Assembly (NCBI GenBank): GCA_031459875.1
Contig: JAVKHQ010000001.1
Location: 160,001 to 224,000 of the forward strand
Origin: Candidatus Fervidifonticultor sextus
GTDB taxonomy: Bacteria; Sysuimicrobiota; Sysuimicrobiia; Sysuimicrobiales; Humicultoraceae
DNA: 64,000 nt
Reading direction: 5' to 3'
Of the stretch, positions 9,573 through 19,105 are shown in pieces (positions within the stretch are counted from its first letter, which is position 1; the number at the start of each line of letters is the position of its first letter). The translations under genes and the position numbers were made by a program. Below the pieces are notes generated by a model. The model worked only from the letters and a program-made list of their open reading frames with translations, ran no database searches and was not told the DNA's origin.

Positions 9573-11763
9573 GCCGCCTCGCCGGGCCTGCCAGCAGACG
9601 CCGCAGCCGGACGCGCAGCGCCCCCAGGTGGCGCCGCGCGTCCGCCACCGCCTCCGGCGTCGGCTCCACGCCGCCATAGGCCGCGGCCTCGACGGCCGCG
9701 GAGATCGCCTCGACCTCGGGCAGCCCTCCCCACGCCTGCGCCCGCCGCCGGAACTCCTCCACCGTCTCGGAGGGCCGCCGGCGCAGTCCGCGGCGGGCCA
9801 GGACCGCGCACATCTGATGGTAGACCTCGCGCAGCGCGGCCCGGGGCGGCGCGGGCAGCGCCCGCCGGCTCGCGGTGCGCCATGTCCCGACGGCCGCCGC
9901 CACGCCCGCCGCGATCACCGCCGCCCAGAGCCCGGCCGCCGCAGCCTCCCGCACCCCGGCCGCCACCCGCCTGAGGACCGGGAAGCGGGACGCCAGCCAC
10001 GCCAGGTCGGCCTGCGCCCGCGCGGCCAGCTCCTGCCACACCCACCGGCGGATCACGGGGCCGCCCAGGTCGGCGGTGTCGGGGAATCCCGGCGTCGGTT
10101 CGAACTCCACCCAGCCGATGCCGGGGAAGAACACCTCCACCCAGGCGTGCGCGTCGCTGTTGCGGACCTCCAGCAGGCCGGTGAGGGGATTCAACGTGCC
10201 GGGCGTGTAGCCGGTGACCAGGCGGGCCGGGATGCCGGCCGAGCGCAGCAGGACGACCATGGCGCTGGCAAACTGCTCGCAGTAGCCGCGTCGCTCCTCA
10301 AAGAGGAAGTAGTCCACGGCGTCGCCGGGCCGCCGCTGCGGGGGGATCGAGAGGTCGTAGCGGTAGGCCGTCCAGAGGTACTGGTTGACCGCCGCGACCT
10401 GGTCGTAGAGGGTGGGTTCGCCGGCGACCAGCCGCAGCGCGAGCGCACGCACGCGGTCGGGGATCGGCGGCAGCGCCAGGTAGCGCTCCCGCACGAACGC
10501 CGGGACCTCGCCGGAGGCCGCGCGGAGGCGGTCGGGATCGGGCACGAGCGTCCGCGAGATCACCGAGTACACCATCCCGGGCTTCAGCGTGCCCGGCAGC
10601 CGGATCGAGCCGTACCGGTCCAGCCAGACGCGGCCGGTGGGGAGGTACAGCCGCTCGGCCAGCGGCGCGGCGAACACCACGTTGGGCTGCTCGACCTCGA
10701 TGTAGAACGACTGGATGACGCGCTCGGTGCGCACGGCGTAGCTGAGGACCTCATCCTGCTTGTGCACGACCTCGATGGGAGGAAAACTGCTTTCGATCTG
10801 CATGAGGCGGGGATCGGAGATCCTCCAGCCGGTCCCGGTGTAGGTGTCGAAGACCAGCGCGCGCCAGTTGAACTGGCGCGTCGAGCGCACGCGCATGACG
10901 ACGGTGTGGTCGAGCCGCCCCCGCAGGCGGAGGTCAACGGTCGGGCTGAATCCGAAGTAGCCGCGCGCGTTCCACGGCGGCAGTTCGCCCCCTCCGCCCT
11001 CGCCCACGTGGGGATAGGCCGGGTTCATGATGCGGCCCGCGAAGAGGTCCAGCAGCATGCGCTGCGGGGAGAACGGCAGCGAGGTGACCCGCATCCCCTC
11101 CAGGCGCGGCGTGAACAGGAACGCGACGCCCGCGCCCAGCAGCACGAAGACCAGCACGTGGCTGGCCGCCCAGGCGATGCTGTGGCGCACCGCCTCCGCG
11201 GCCTGGGGCCGGGGGATCGCCCGGGCCGGAGGGGCGGCTGGCCCCGGCGGGTTCAGCAGTTCCCTGGCCCCCTGCCAGGCGTTGTGGACCAGGGCCTGGA
11301 TGCCCGCCACCGCGAAGGCTGCCAGGTAGAGCAGGTAGGTGAGGTCCAGCGCGAAGGCAGCCGCCACCGCCATGAGGATGACCGAAGAGAGCAGGCTGAA
11401 CAGCAGGTCGCGCCGGGCCGGCACGTCGAACGAGTGGATGGTCTGCAGCCACAGGAGCAGCACCGTCAGCGGCACGCTGGTATGGTAGGGATCGGCCACG
11501 ACGTCCCGCAGGAAGTTCCACCCGACCTGCAGGCACAGCAGCGCCAGGACGATCTTGACCCACCAGTTCTGCCGGCCGCGGCGCCAGAACGAGAACGCGA
11601 AACCGGCGGCGACCAGCGCGGGGACCAGGAGCCGGTAGGTGGCGAACTCGTCGTGAGCCGCCACGGCGAAGACGCTGACCGTCACCGCGGCCAGGGTCCA
11701 CAGGCGCAGCGGGACCGAGGGCTCGGGGGTGCCGCTGCGGGCCAGCCGGCGCCACCCTACCAT
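9556..11763 (-). CDS. TgpA-like membrane transglutaminase-family protein (DUF3488 + transglutaminase core + DUF4129)
   Basis: N-terminal TMs; GYCEQFASAM (Cys), DAHAWVEV (His), EFEPT; C-terminal RRPSETVEEF. Confidence 0.9.
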   Translation of the reverse strand: MVGWRRLARSGTPEPSVPLRLWTLAAVTVSVFAVAAHDEFATYRLLVPALVAAGFAFSFWRRGRQNWWVKIVLALLCLQVGWNFLRDVVADPYHTSVPLTVLLLWLQTIHSFDVPARRDLLFSLLSSVILMAVAAAFALDLTYLLYLAAFAVAGIQALVHNAWQGARELLNPPGPAAPPARAIPRPQAAEAVRHSIAWAASHVLVFVLLGAGVAFLFTPRLEGMRVTSLPFSPQRMLLDLFAGRIMNPAYPHVGEGGGGELPPWNARGYFGFSPTVDLRLRGRLDHTVVMRVRSTRQFNWRALVFDTYTGTGWRISDPRLMQIESSFPPIEVVHKQDEVLSYAVRTERVIQSFYIEVEQPNVVFAAPLAERLYLPTGRVWLDRYGSIRLPGTLKPGMVYSVISRTLVPDPDRLRAASGEVPAFVRERYLALPPIPDRVRALALRLVAGEPTLYDQVAAVNQYLWTAYRYDLSIPPQRRPGDAVDYFLFEERRGYCEQFASAMVVLLRSAGIPARLVTGYTPGTLNPLTGLLEVRNSDAHAWVEVFFPGIGWVEFEPTPGFPDTADLGGPVIRRWVWQELAARAQADLAWLASRFPVLRRVAAGVREAAAAGLWAAVIAAGVAAAVGTWRTASRRALPAPPRAALREVYHQMCAVLARRGLRRRPSETVEEFRRRAQAWGGLPEVEAISAAVEAAAYGGVEPTPEAVADARRHLGALRVRLRRLLAGPARRHDRGR

Positions 11764-12818
11764 GCCTGCACCATCCCGTCGTCGGTGTAGACCAGTCCGC
11801 CCCAGGGCCGCTGGCCCGCCGCCGCGTCGGCGGCCGGCACCACCGGGATCACCCCGGCCCCGGCCCGAATGCCGTGCGCCGTGGCCGCCACGACGATCAG
11901 CGCGCGGCCGGGCCGCGCCAGGTGGGACAGCACCTCGGCCACCGGCGGGCCGCAGGGGACAGCCGCCGCCAGCCAGTCCATGGCCGCTTCCCATCCCCGG
12001 TGCTCGACGGGCCCGTCGGCCCACCCGGCCACCGCAGCCAAAGCGTACCGCTCCCGGGCCGCCCGCAGCAGGGAGGCAGCGGCGCGGACCGCAGCGTCCA
12101 GCCGGGCGGGGCTCTGTCGGCGATCGAGATCAACGACGACCGTCACGTCCGGCGCCTGCTCCTGCTGGTACTCGCGGGTGACCAGCGTCCCCCGGCGCGC
12201 CGACGACCGCCAGTGGACGCGCGCCAGGCTGTCCCCGGGCTGGTAGTCCCGCACGCCGTAGAGATCATCAGGCTGCCGCGACCGCCCCGCAGGCTGCCGG
12301 CCTTCCAGCGCGGGGGCCAGCGCGGCCAGCACCTGCGAGGGCACGGGCTGCGTCTGCGGCCAGATGACGATGTGGCCATCGGCGTGCAGATGCCTGCGCG
12401 CAGTGAACAGCCCCAGCAGGCCCCGCGAGGCGATCACCACTGGGCCCACGGCGTACCGGCCGCGCCGGGGCGGGGTCACGGTGATCGTGGCCGCCGCCGG
12501 CATCCCCGGCGCCACCTGCTCGACGAGCGCCCGGCCGCGGGCGCCGGGCCATCCGTCTTCCACCACCAGGAAGCGGCCGGCGGCCGATGCGGCCAGCGTG
12601 ACCTCGAAGGGCAGCGCCGCGCCCTCGACCCCGCGCTCGGGGAGGTCCCGACTCACCCGGAGGCGGCGCAGGGGAAGCACCGACGTCCCCATGCCGACGG
12701 CAAAGAGCGAGACCAGCAGCGCGTCGAGGACGAACAGCAACCCGGACATCAGGTTCGTGGCCAGCAGGAAGACAGCCCCGGCCAGCACGAGGACCGCCGT
12801 CCCTTCACGCGTCGGCAC
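11757..12818 (-). CDS. DUF58 domain protein
   Basis: RRGRY, GVRDYQPGD, VHWRSSAR; sits between MoxR and the transglutaminase. Confidence 0.9.
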   Translation of the reverse strand: MPTREGTAVLVLAGAVFLLATNLMSGLLFVLDALLVSLFAVGMGTSVLPLRRLRVSRDLPERGVEGAALPFEVTLAASAAGRFLVVEDGWPGARGRALVEQVAPGMPAAATITVTPPRRGRYAVGPVVIASRGLLGLFTARRHLHADGHIVIWPQTQPVPSQVLAALAPALEGRQPAGRSRQPDDLYGVRDYQPGDSLARVHWRSSARRGTLVTREYQQEQAPDVTVVVDLDRRQSPARLDAAVRAAASLLRAARERYALAAVAGWADGPVEHRGWEAAMDWLAAAVPCGPPVAEVLSHLARPGRALIVVAATAHGIRAGAGVIPVVPAADAAAGQRPWGGLVYTDDGMVQAW

Positions 12819-13764
12819 GCGGGACCTCGAGCACCGGAACCGGCAGCGCCGCGGTGATCTCGTCGATGACCTGCTCCGCCACCGCCGCCGCGCCGGGTTG
12901 CGGCCGCATGACGAGTCGGTGGGCCAGCACGGGGACGCACAGCGCCTTCACGTCGTCCGGCGTCACGTACGGGGAGCCGCGCAGCAACGCCCGCGCCTGC
13001 GCCGCGCGCAGCAGGGCCAGGCCGCCGCGGGGACTGCAGCCCAGGGCGACGGCCGGATGCGACCGCGTGGCGGTCGCCAGCGCCAGGACATAGTCCCGCA
13101 CCGCCGGGCTGACGTGCACGTCCGACGCCGCCTGCTGCAGGGCCAGCACGTCGCCGGGCGCCAGCACCGGTTCGACATCCTCGATGGGATGGTGCCCCAG
13201 GTGCCGCGCCAGCATCGCCCGCTCGGCGTCCGGGAGCGGGTAGCCCAGCGACGTCGCCACGGCGAACCGGTCCAGCTGGCCCTCGGGCAGAGGGTAGGTG
13301 CCGTGGTGCTCCGTGGGGTTGAGGGTCGCGATCAGGAAGAACGGGTGGGGCAGGCGCCGCGCCTGCCCGTCCACCGTGACCTGCCACTCGTCCATCGGCT
13401 CCAGGAACGACGACTGGGTGCGCGGCGTGGTGCGGTTGAGTTCGTCCACCAGCACCACGTTGGCGAAGATGGGCCCCGGTACGAACCGGGTCTCGTAGGT
13501 CCTGGGGTCAATGATGGACGTGCCCAGAATGTCGGACGGCAGCAGGTCGGGCGTGCACTGAATGCGGGTGAACTCCCCGCCGATGGACCGGGCCAGTGCC
13601 CGGGCCAGCATCGTCTTGCCCACGCCGGGCACGTCGCGCAGCAGGACGTGCCCCCGCGACAGGAGCGCCACCAGCACCAGGTTGATGACCTCGTCCTTGC
13701 CGAGGATGACCCGCCCGATGCTCTCGCGCAGCCGGCCCGTATGCTCGAAGACCGCGGGATTCAC
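12805..13764 (-). CDS. moxR: MoxR-family AAA+ ATPase
   Basis: DVPGVGKT, IQCTPDLLPSD, LVDELNR, GTYPLPEGQLDRF, SPRG. Confidence 0.95.
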   Translation of the reverse strand: MNPAVFEHTGRLRESIGRVILGKDEVINLVLVALLSRGHVLLRDVPGVGKTMLARALARSIGGEFTRIQCTPDLLPSDILGTSIIDPRTYETRFVPGPIFANVVLVDELNRTTPRTQSSFLEPMDEWQVTVDGQARRLPHPFFLIATLNPTEHHGTYPLPEGQLDRFAVATSLGYPLPDAERAMLARHLGHHPIEDVEPVLAPGDVLALQQAASDVHVSPAVRDYVLALATATRSHPAVALGCSPRGGLALLRAAQARALLRGSPYVTPDDVKALCVPVLAHRLVMRPQPGAAAVAEQVIDEITAALPVPVLEVPRADA

Positions 13765-13779
13765 CCCCTGTCCCCTCGC

Positions 13780-14196
13780 CTACGGCACCAGTGTCAGCGC
13801 ACCGACAAACGACGGGCGGTACAGGGCGAAATCCCGCCGGTCGTAGGTGAACACCGTCTTGATCCGGTGGCGCTCGCAGAGGGCCAGGCTCACGCAGTCG
13901 ACGAATCCCAGGTCGGCGTCCAGATACTCGCGGTCGATCTCTCGGGCCTTCGCCAGGGTCTCTCCGGATACCGGAAGGACATCAAAGACCCCTCGAATCA
14001 CGTCATCCCACAGAGCCCGGGCGGCGTCCGGGCCGAGCCGGCCCTCAAGGAAGAGCACGGCCTCAACGAGCACCGGTGTCGGGATGGCCAGGACCTCGCG
14101 TGGCCGGATCCGCCGGAAGTATGACACCGCCTCCCGGTGGTGGTGATCCCTGCGATTGGCCAGGGCATACAGCGCCCCCGTGTCCACAAGGATCAC
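13780..14196 (-). CDS. vapC: PIN-domain toxin (VapC family)
   Basis: ILVDTGALYA...VLVE...GFVDCVS...FTYDRRDF; acidic PIN residues conserved. Confidence 0.9.
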   Translation of the reverse strand: MILVDTGALYALANRRDHHHREAVSYFRRIRPREVLAIPTPVLVEAVLFLEGRLGPDAARALWDDVIRGVFDVLPVSGETLAKAREIDREYLDADLGFVDCVSLALCERHRIKTVFTYDRRDFALYRPSFVGALTLVP

Positions 14197-14435
14197 CGCG
14201 GCCGCCTTCGCCGCAGATGGGCCTTGAGCAGGGCCTCCACCCGTTCGGAGACGGCCCCCGCCTCAGGATCTGCGCCGACGCCGGGGAGCCGCGCTTTGGG
14301 CACCGAGCCGGAACCAACCAGAAAGCGATCCACAGCCTCTCGGATGAGGGCGGCCATCGGCTGACCTCGCAGACGCGCCCGACGCGCGAGGGCGGCCCGT
14401 TGACGCTCACTGAGATACACCATGGTCTTGTGCAT
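14193..14435 (-). CDS. CopG/RHH-family antitoxin (VapB-like)
   Basis: MHKTMVYLS...MAALIREAVDRFL; GGAGGAG RBS; overlaps the vapC start. Confidence 0.8.
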   Translation of the reverse strand: MHKTMVYLSERQRAALARRARLRGQPMAALIREAVDRFLVGSGSVPKARLPGVGADPEAGAVSERVEALLKAHLRRRRPR

Positions 14436-14454
14436 GCTGCTCTCCTCCGCCGGT

Positions 14455-14497
14455 ACCGTACAGGAGGACGTCATATATGTCAACATATATGTCCGTC
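14455..14497 (-). promoter_or_regulatory. sigma70-type promoter (TTGACA-17-TACGGT) overlapped by two CATATATG palindromes (probable antitoxin operator)
   Basis: TTGACA at 14483-14478, TACGGT at 14460-14455; CATATATG at 14472-14479 and 14484-14491. Confidence 0.65.
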
Positions 14498-15593
14498 ATG
14501 ACGGCCGCGTGGCCTGACGTCGCCAGGTCCACAGGTTGTGCATCACGTAGTTCAGCATCCCGCCGACCCCGATCGCCATCAGGTTGGCTAGCATCGGGGG
14601 CAGCCCCAGATGCGCCAGGCCGCCCAGGACAGCGAGGTAGACCAGGTACCCGGCCCAGGTCGCCACATAGTACTTGCCCATCCGCTGGAGGAAAACAGAC
14701 AGGCCGCGCTCGCGGCGGTCCGCCCACGTGTACGCGTTGTTGAGGAGGAAGTTCGTGCAGGTGGAGACCAGTCCGGCGACCACCCCCGCGGCCAGGTAGT
14801 GGACGCGCAGCGGGCGGATCAGCAGCCAGAACACGGTCATGTTCACCGCCACACCGCTCGCCCCGACCATGAGGAACTTCCACAGGCGGGCATCGCCGGG
14901 ACTCGTGGCGGTCAGGAGGGCGATGTGCCGGAGGAGGGTCACGCCCTGGCGCAGCGAGGCCTTCGTCTGTCCCCGGTGGCGTTTCTCGAAGACATAGGGG
15001 ACTTCCGCCAGACGCCCGTAGCGGCCGCGCACCAGGACCTCCAGCAGGATCTTGAACCCCAGCGGCCGCAGGGTCACCCCTTCGAGCACGCCGCGCCTGG
15101 CGATGAAGCACCCGGACAGCGGATCGCTACTCCTGCGCGCCCCTCCCAGGAGGACCCAGGCCAGCAGCCGCGTGCCGCGCGAGACCAGGCGGCGGAACGG
15201 GCTCAGCCCCGGCCGGCCGGCACCGGGCAGGTAGCGGGAGGCCACGACCAGGTCGGCCCCTGTCTCTTCCATCCGGCGCAGCAGCGCCGGCAGCAGGGAC
15301 GGCGGGTGCTGCAGGTCGGCGTCCATGACCCCGATGACCTCGCCGCGGGCCAGGCCGATGCCGTCTGCGACCGCGCTGGCCAGGCCTCCGCCGCCGTCGC
15401 GGTGGTGCACGGTCAGGCGGGGATTGGCGCGCGCCAGGTCAGCGAGCACCGCGTCGGTCCCGTCGGTGCTGTCGTCCACGAAGATGAGTTCGTAGTCGGT
15501 CTCCGCCAGCGCCGCGCCCAGGGCCTCGACCAGGCGCGGGACGTTTTCACGCTCGTTGCGGGTGGGGATGATGACCGAGAGCGTCGGCGGCAT
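14496..15593 (-). CDS. GT2 polyprenol monophosphomannose synthase-like with C-terminal GtrA (flippase-like) domain
   Basis: SVIIPTRNE, DADLQHPP, SDPLSGCF, GFKILLE; C-terminal KFLMVGASGVAVN...NFLLN...WTW 4-TM GtrA. Start could be as far upstream as 15734. Confidence 0.9.
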   Translation of the reverse strand: MPPTLSVIIPTRNERENVPRLVEALGAALAETDYELIFVDDSTDGTDAVLADLARANPRLTVHHRDGGGGLASAVADGIGLARGEVIGVMDADLQHPPSLLPALLRRMEETGADLVVASRYLPGAGRPGLSPFRRLVSRGTRLLAWVLLGGARRSSDPLSGCFIARRGVLEGVTLRPLGFKILLEVLVRGRYGRLAEVPYVFEKRHRGQTKASLRQGVTLLRHIALLTATSPGDARLWKFLMVGASGVAVNMTVFWLLIRPLRVHYLAAGVVAGLVSTCTNFLLNNAYTWADRRERGLSVFLQRMGKYYVATWAGYLVYLAVLGGLAHLGLPPMLANLMAIGVGGMLNYVMHNLWTWRRQATRPS

Positions 15594-15798
15594 CGGGTTC
15601 AGGACGGCAGAGAAAACTCGTCCGGCGTGCCCTCGGCCAGACTGCGGACCTTCTGGGCCGGGAGCAGCTCCGCCCGGCCTGTCCGGCTCGGGGGGTTCTC
15701 GAGGTCGGCGATCTTCACACGACGCATCGGACACCTTCCGACACGGCCATCATAGCCGCGTCCACACCACCGCGCAACGCGTTCCACCGGCCCTGAGA

Positions 15799-16638
15799 TC
15801 ACCCTGATCTTCGCGGCGCCGCCCCTCGACGGCCCTCCCGCAAGGTCCGACTGTCTCCCCGGAGGTCCTTGGATTGTGCAGGCGGCGCACACATCAACCG
15901 CAGGTATCCGGCGATCGTCTTCCCCGTCGGCATCTTGCTCGCGCCCACCTTCCAGTCGTAGCGCAGGTCCAGCGGCACCTCCACGATGCGCGGCCGGAAC
16001 ACCGCGAGTTTTACCAGGAGTTCGGTCATCACGACGAACCCCTGCGACTCGATGAGGCGATCGCCGTAGGCCTCCAGCGCCTGCTGCAGCAGCCCGGCCC
16101 GGAAGGCCCGGTAGCCGCAGGAGTAGTCCCGGACGCCGGGCAGGCCGAAGCGGACCCGCAGCAGCCACCCGATCCCGGCCGAGAGGAGTGCCCGGTGCGG
16201 CGGCACCCCGGCCTGGCGGGCCCCGCGGACGTACCGCGATGCGATCACCACATCCGCCCCGTCCCGCAGGGCCGCCAGCATCGCAGGGATCTGCTCGGGC
16301 CGGTGGGTGTTGTCCGCATCCATGGTGACGATGACGTCCTCCGGGGAGGCCAGACGGCAGGCATGCTCCAGGCCGGTGCGGATGGCGGCGGCCAGGCCGC
16401 GGTTGTCGGGGTGGGTGAGGACGTCGAGCCGCATCCGCCCGGCAAACGCGCGGGCGACGGCGCCGGTCTCGTCGCGGCTTCCGTCATCCACGACCACGGT
16501 GTGCCAGATCGCGCCCCGCCCCGCGCGCCCGATCGCCTCCAACAGGAGGGGAAGGCCTGCCGCTTCATTGTAGGCGGGTAGCACAATCCAGACTGTCCCC
16601 AGAGTCCTTTCCTCCACCTGCCGATGGGGCCTCGTCAC
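15799..16638 (-). CDS. GT2 polyprenol-phosphate glycosyltransferase
   Basis: IVLPAYNE, VDDGSRD, TMDADNTH, RDYSCGYRAF. Start approximate (16638 or 16617). Confidence 0.88.
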   Translation of the reverse strand: MTRPHRQVEERTLGTVWIVLPAYNEAAGLPLLLEAIGRAGRGAIWHTVVVDDGSRDETGAVARAFAGRMRLDVLTHPDNRGLAAAIRTGLEHACRLASPEDVIVTMDADNTHRPEQIPAMLAALRDGADVVIASRYVRGARQAGVPPHRALLSAGIGWLLRVRFGLPGVRDYSCGYRAFRAGLLQQALEAYGDRLIESQGFVVMTELLVKLAVFRPRIVEVPLDLRYDWKVGASKMPTGKTIAGYLRLMCAPPAQSKDLRGDSRTLREGRRGAAPRRSG

Positions 16639-16673
16639 CGCTGTTCCACAGCCGAGTTCATCCTTCCCTTCTC

Positions 16674-16699
16674 CTTCCCGCTCCGGATCCTGGCAAGAC
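16674..16699 (-). promoter_or_regulatory. putative SigB/SigF-type promoter GTCTTG-N14-GGGAAG
   Basis: Motif match about 35 nt upstream of the GT2 start. Confidence 0.45.
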
Positions 16700-16749
16700 G
16701 CAGGCATGGTAAGATGAGGGGGTACGGGAGGGAGTTGGAGGCACCCGAC

Positions 16750-17529
16750 GTGGTCGAAGCACGCGTGGACAGACTGGAGGCGGCGCTGCAGCGCCTGGCC
16801 GACGCCCAGGCACAGACCCAGGAGGAACTGCGCGCGCTCGCCTCCGCCCAGCGGCGGACCGAAGAACGCCTGGAAACCCTTGCCGCACGGGTGCAACAAC
16901 TGGCCGATCATCGGGATCGGCTGACCGCCCGGGTGGACCAGTTGACCGTCCACCTGGACCAGCTCACCGCCCGGGTCGACCAGTTGACCGTCCACCTCGA
17001 CCAACTCACCGCCCGGGTCGACCAGTTGACCGTCCGCCTCGACCAGCTCACTGCCCGGGTCGACCAGTTGACCGTGCAGGTCGGCCGCCTGGCGACGGTG
17101 GTGGGCGTCCTCAAGGGCCACAGCCTCGAGCAGCGCTACCGGGAACGAGCGCTCGCCTACTTCGACGATCTCCTCCGCGGCATCCACGTGCTCTCCTCCG
17201 AGGAACTGGCCGCGCTGCTGGATGAGGCCCTCTCCCGCGGGGTGCTCTCGCGGGAGGAGCGCCGCCTCGTGCTGGAGGCCGACGTCGTGGTCCGCGGGCG
17301 AAGGTGGGAGGACGCCAGCGAGGCCTACCTGGCCGCGGAGGTCTCGTCGGTGGTCGACTCCGAGGACGTGCGGCGCGCGCTGCGGCGAGCCGACCTGCTG
17401 GCGCGCGCCACCGGAACACCGGCCATCGCCACGGTCGCCGGCGAGACCATCACCGAGGAGGCCGAACAGGAGGCGAAGGCCCTGCGGGTCTGGCGGGTGC
17501 TGGACGGGAGAGCCCTGGCGCCGGACTAA
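16750..17529 (+). CDS. coiled-coil repeat protein with C-terminal PD-(D/E)XK-like domain
   Basis: GGAGG RBS then GTG; heptad repeats LTARVDQ/LTVHLDQ; C-terminal EADVVVRG...LAAEVS. Confidence 0.7.
   Translation: MVEARVDRLEAALQRLADAQAQTQEELRALASAQRRTEERLETLAARVQQLADHRDRLTARVDQLTVHLDQLTARVDQLTVHLDQLTARVDQLTVRLDQLTARVDQLTVQVGRLATVVGVLKGHSLEQRYRERALAYFDDLLRGIHVLSSEELAALLDEALSRGVLSREERRLVLEADVVVRGRRWEDASEAYLAAEVSSVVDSEDVRRALRRADLLARATGTPAIATVAGETITEEAEQEAKALRVWRVLDGRALAPD
16921..17079 (+). repeat. in-frame tandem repeat, 42-nt unit (2 x 21 nt), about 3.7 copies
   Basis: Units of ctcaccgcccgggtcgaccagttgaccgtccacctcgaccag at 16921, 16963, 17005 and 17047. Confidence 0.9.
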
Positions 17530-17604
17530 TGTGAATGTTGTGCGTCCGGGCGGGCGTACTCCTCCTCGGCGCCCCAGCACCGAACCGCCAGTCGGGCGGT
17601 GTCC

Positions 17605-17964
17605 TCATGCTCTTGTCAGGTAGAGGGCGTGGTTTAGGAGCGCGTCTTCGGCAGGGAAGTCTTTGAGGAGCCGATCGAGTGCCGAAATCAGAGGGCCGAT
17701 CGACCGTTGCGGAATGCTTCGCTCACTGACAAACACGATCCCCCAGTGTGTTCTCCCGGTGTGCGCCCATTCCACCAGTAGCGCGCGGAAGTCGGCGATG
17801 TTGTAGGTGACCAAAGCGCGCCGATCGGACGAGGCCGCGGCGAGTTGCTCGGGATCGCTCGCCCCCCGGGTCCCGGCCTCCTGTGCCGCCAGGACGTTAT
17901 GGCCACGGTCCCGGAGTTCCGCAGCCACACGCGGATTGATCTGCTCATTCAGCAGCAGGCGCAC
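17605..17964 (-). CDS. DUF5615 (VapC45-like PIN) toxin
   Basis: MRLLLNEQI...GASDPEQL...LVTYNIADF...HWGIVFV. Confidence 0.8.
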   Translation of the reverse strand: MRLLLNEQINPRVAAELRDRGHNVLAAQEAGTRGASDPEQLAAASSDRRALVTYNIADFRALLVEWAHTGRTHWGIVFVSERSIPQRSIGPLISALDRLLKDFPAEDALLNHALYLTRA

Positions 17965-17970
17965 CTGTGC

Positions 17971-18390
17971 CTACGCCCGGTAGGCCCGCGCGGCCGGAAA
18001 CTGTCGCAGCAAGTCCTCCGCTTGCTCTTCCTCCAGAGCCAGGCGCTCGTCGATCTCACGGGGGTAGCACCGGTAGTAGTGCACGGCGGCCTCAAGCTGA
18101 CGCCGCGCAAGCTGCGGAAGCGCCTCGGCAAGCGCCTCCAGATCTTCCTCGCACGCCCGGTAGGCCCGCGCGACCTCCCACACATCGATGCCGGTTCCGG
18201 CGACCACGGCGCGCCGTCCGGCGGGTCCATCCGCGAAGACGATGCCCGGGCACCGACGCTGACGCAAGGCCTCATCGACCAAGTTCTCGAGCACCTGACT
18301 CATCGGGCGCCGGATTCTTGCCGCCAGCCGGCGGACCTCCGATAAAAGGTCGGGCCGGAGACGCAGGCTGATTGGTAGGCTCTTCCTCAA
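17971..18390 (-). CDS. DUF433 antitoxin with N-terminal RHH-like segment
   Basis: PGIVFADGPAGRRAVVAGTGIDVWEV...QLEAAVHYYRCYPREID; directly upstream of DUF5615. Confidence 0.8.
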   Translation of the reverse strand: MRKSLPISLRLRPDLLSEVRRLAARIRRPMSQVLENLVDEALRQRRCPGIVFADGPAGRRAVVAGTGIDVWEVARAYRACEEDLEALAEALPQLARRQLEAAVHYYRCYPREIDERLALEEEQAEDLLRQFPAARAYRA

Positions 18391-18619
18391 CCCTGAACCT
18401 TCCGCCTTCCGAATGACGCACTACATTTCGCTACAATCCACTACCAGCCTACTCCTGGCAGCGTCGAACGTCAACGTGGCTCTTCCTGCGCTTTCTCACC
18501 GGGGTCGATCCCAAAGAAGCCCAAGCTTTCCAGCGCTCCCTCGAGCGTGCAGAACAAGGGCGCTTGAAGGTCTCCATCAGCGACCTGGTCGCGGCCGAAC
18601 TCGCCCCGACGCTGCGATC

Positions 18620-19022
18620 CTATGCTGCGCCAGCGTCGAGGTAGTCGCGGACTCGTTGCTGGACACCGACCCCGGTGTCCGACGGGAACAGCACCTCAAC
18701 GACCAAGTCGGGCGCTCCCGCCACGAACCCCTGGAGCGAGCCCAGTGCCGACAGTCTGCCCTCGGAGACGGAGGCAATGCCCGGACCCCGGCCCCGTTCC
18801 GGATCGCCAGGAACGCTGAGCACGAACCCGACGTCGCCGACAGCGACCCTCCCGCCCGCTCCGCATGCTCGACGAGTCGCCGGTAGATTCTGCCGACGAT
18901 CTCTCCGTGCGCGAATTCATGGGGGGCATCTCGATGACCCTGCCGTTGACCAGCTCTCATCGGACCTCGTCCCCGCTGAACCGGAGGAGGTCTCTGACAG
19001 TCAACCGGGCATCGGTGGCCAT
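18620..19022 (-). pseudogene. Uma2-family (DUF820) endonuclease pseudogene
   Basis: MATDARLTVRDLLRFSGDEVR*ELVNGRVIEMPP /frameshift/ HGEIVGRI... /frameshift/ GDVGFVL...GAPDLVVEVLFPSD...VRDYLDAG*. In-frame TGA at 18959-18957, two frameshifts and an early TAG. Confidence 0.85.
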
Positions 19023-19105
19023 AACGCTCAGCGTCGCGTGTTCCAGTCTACCAGCGCAGCAAGGCGACGCCAGGACCCCTCTCCTTCCACACCCAAACGG
19101 CCGAG

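Noticed and set aside
18957..18959. In-frame TGA in the Uma2 gene as selenocysteine or readthrough
   Set aside because: It is accompanied by two frameshifts and a premature TAG, which indicates simple decay.
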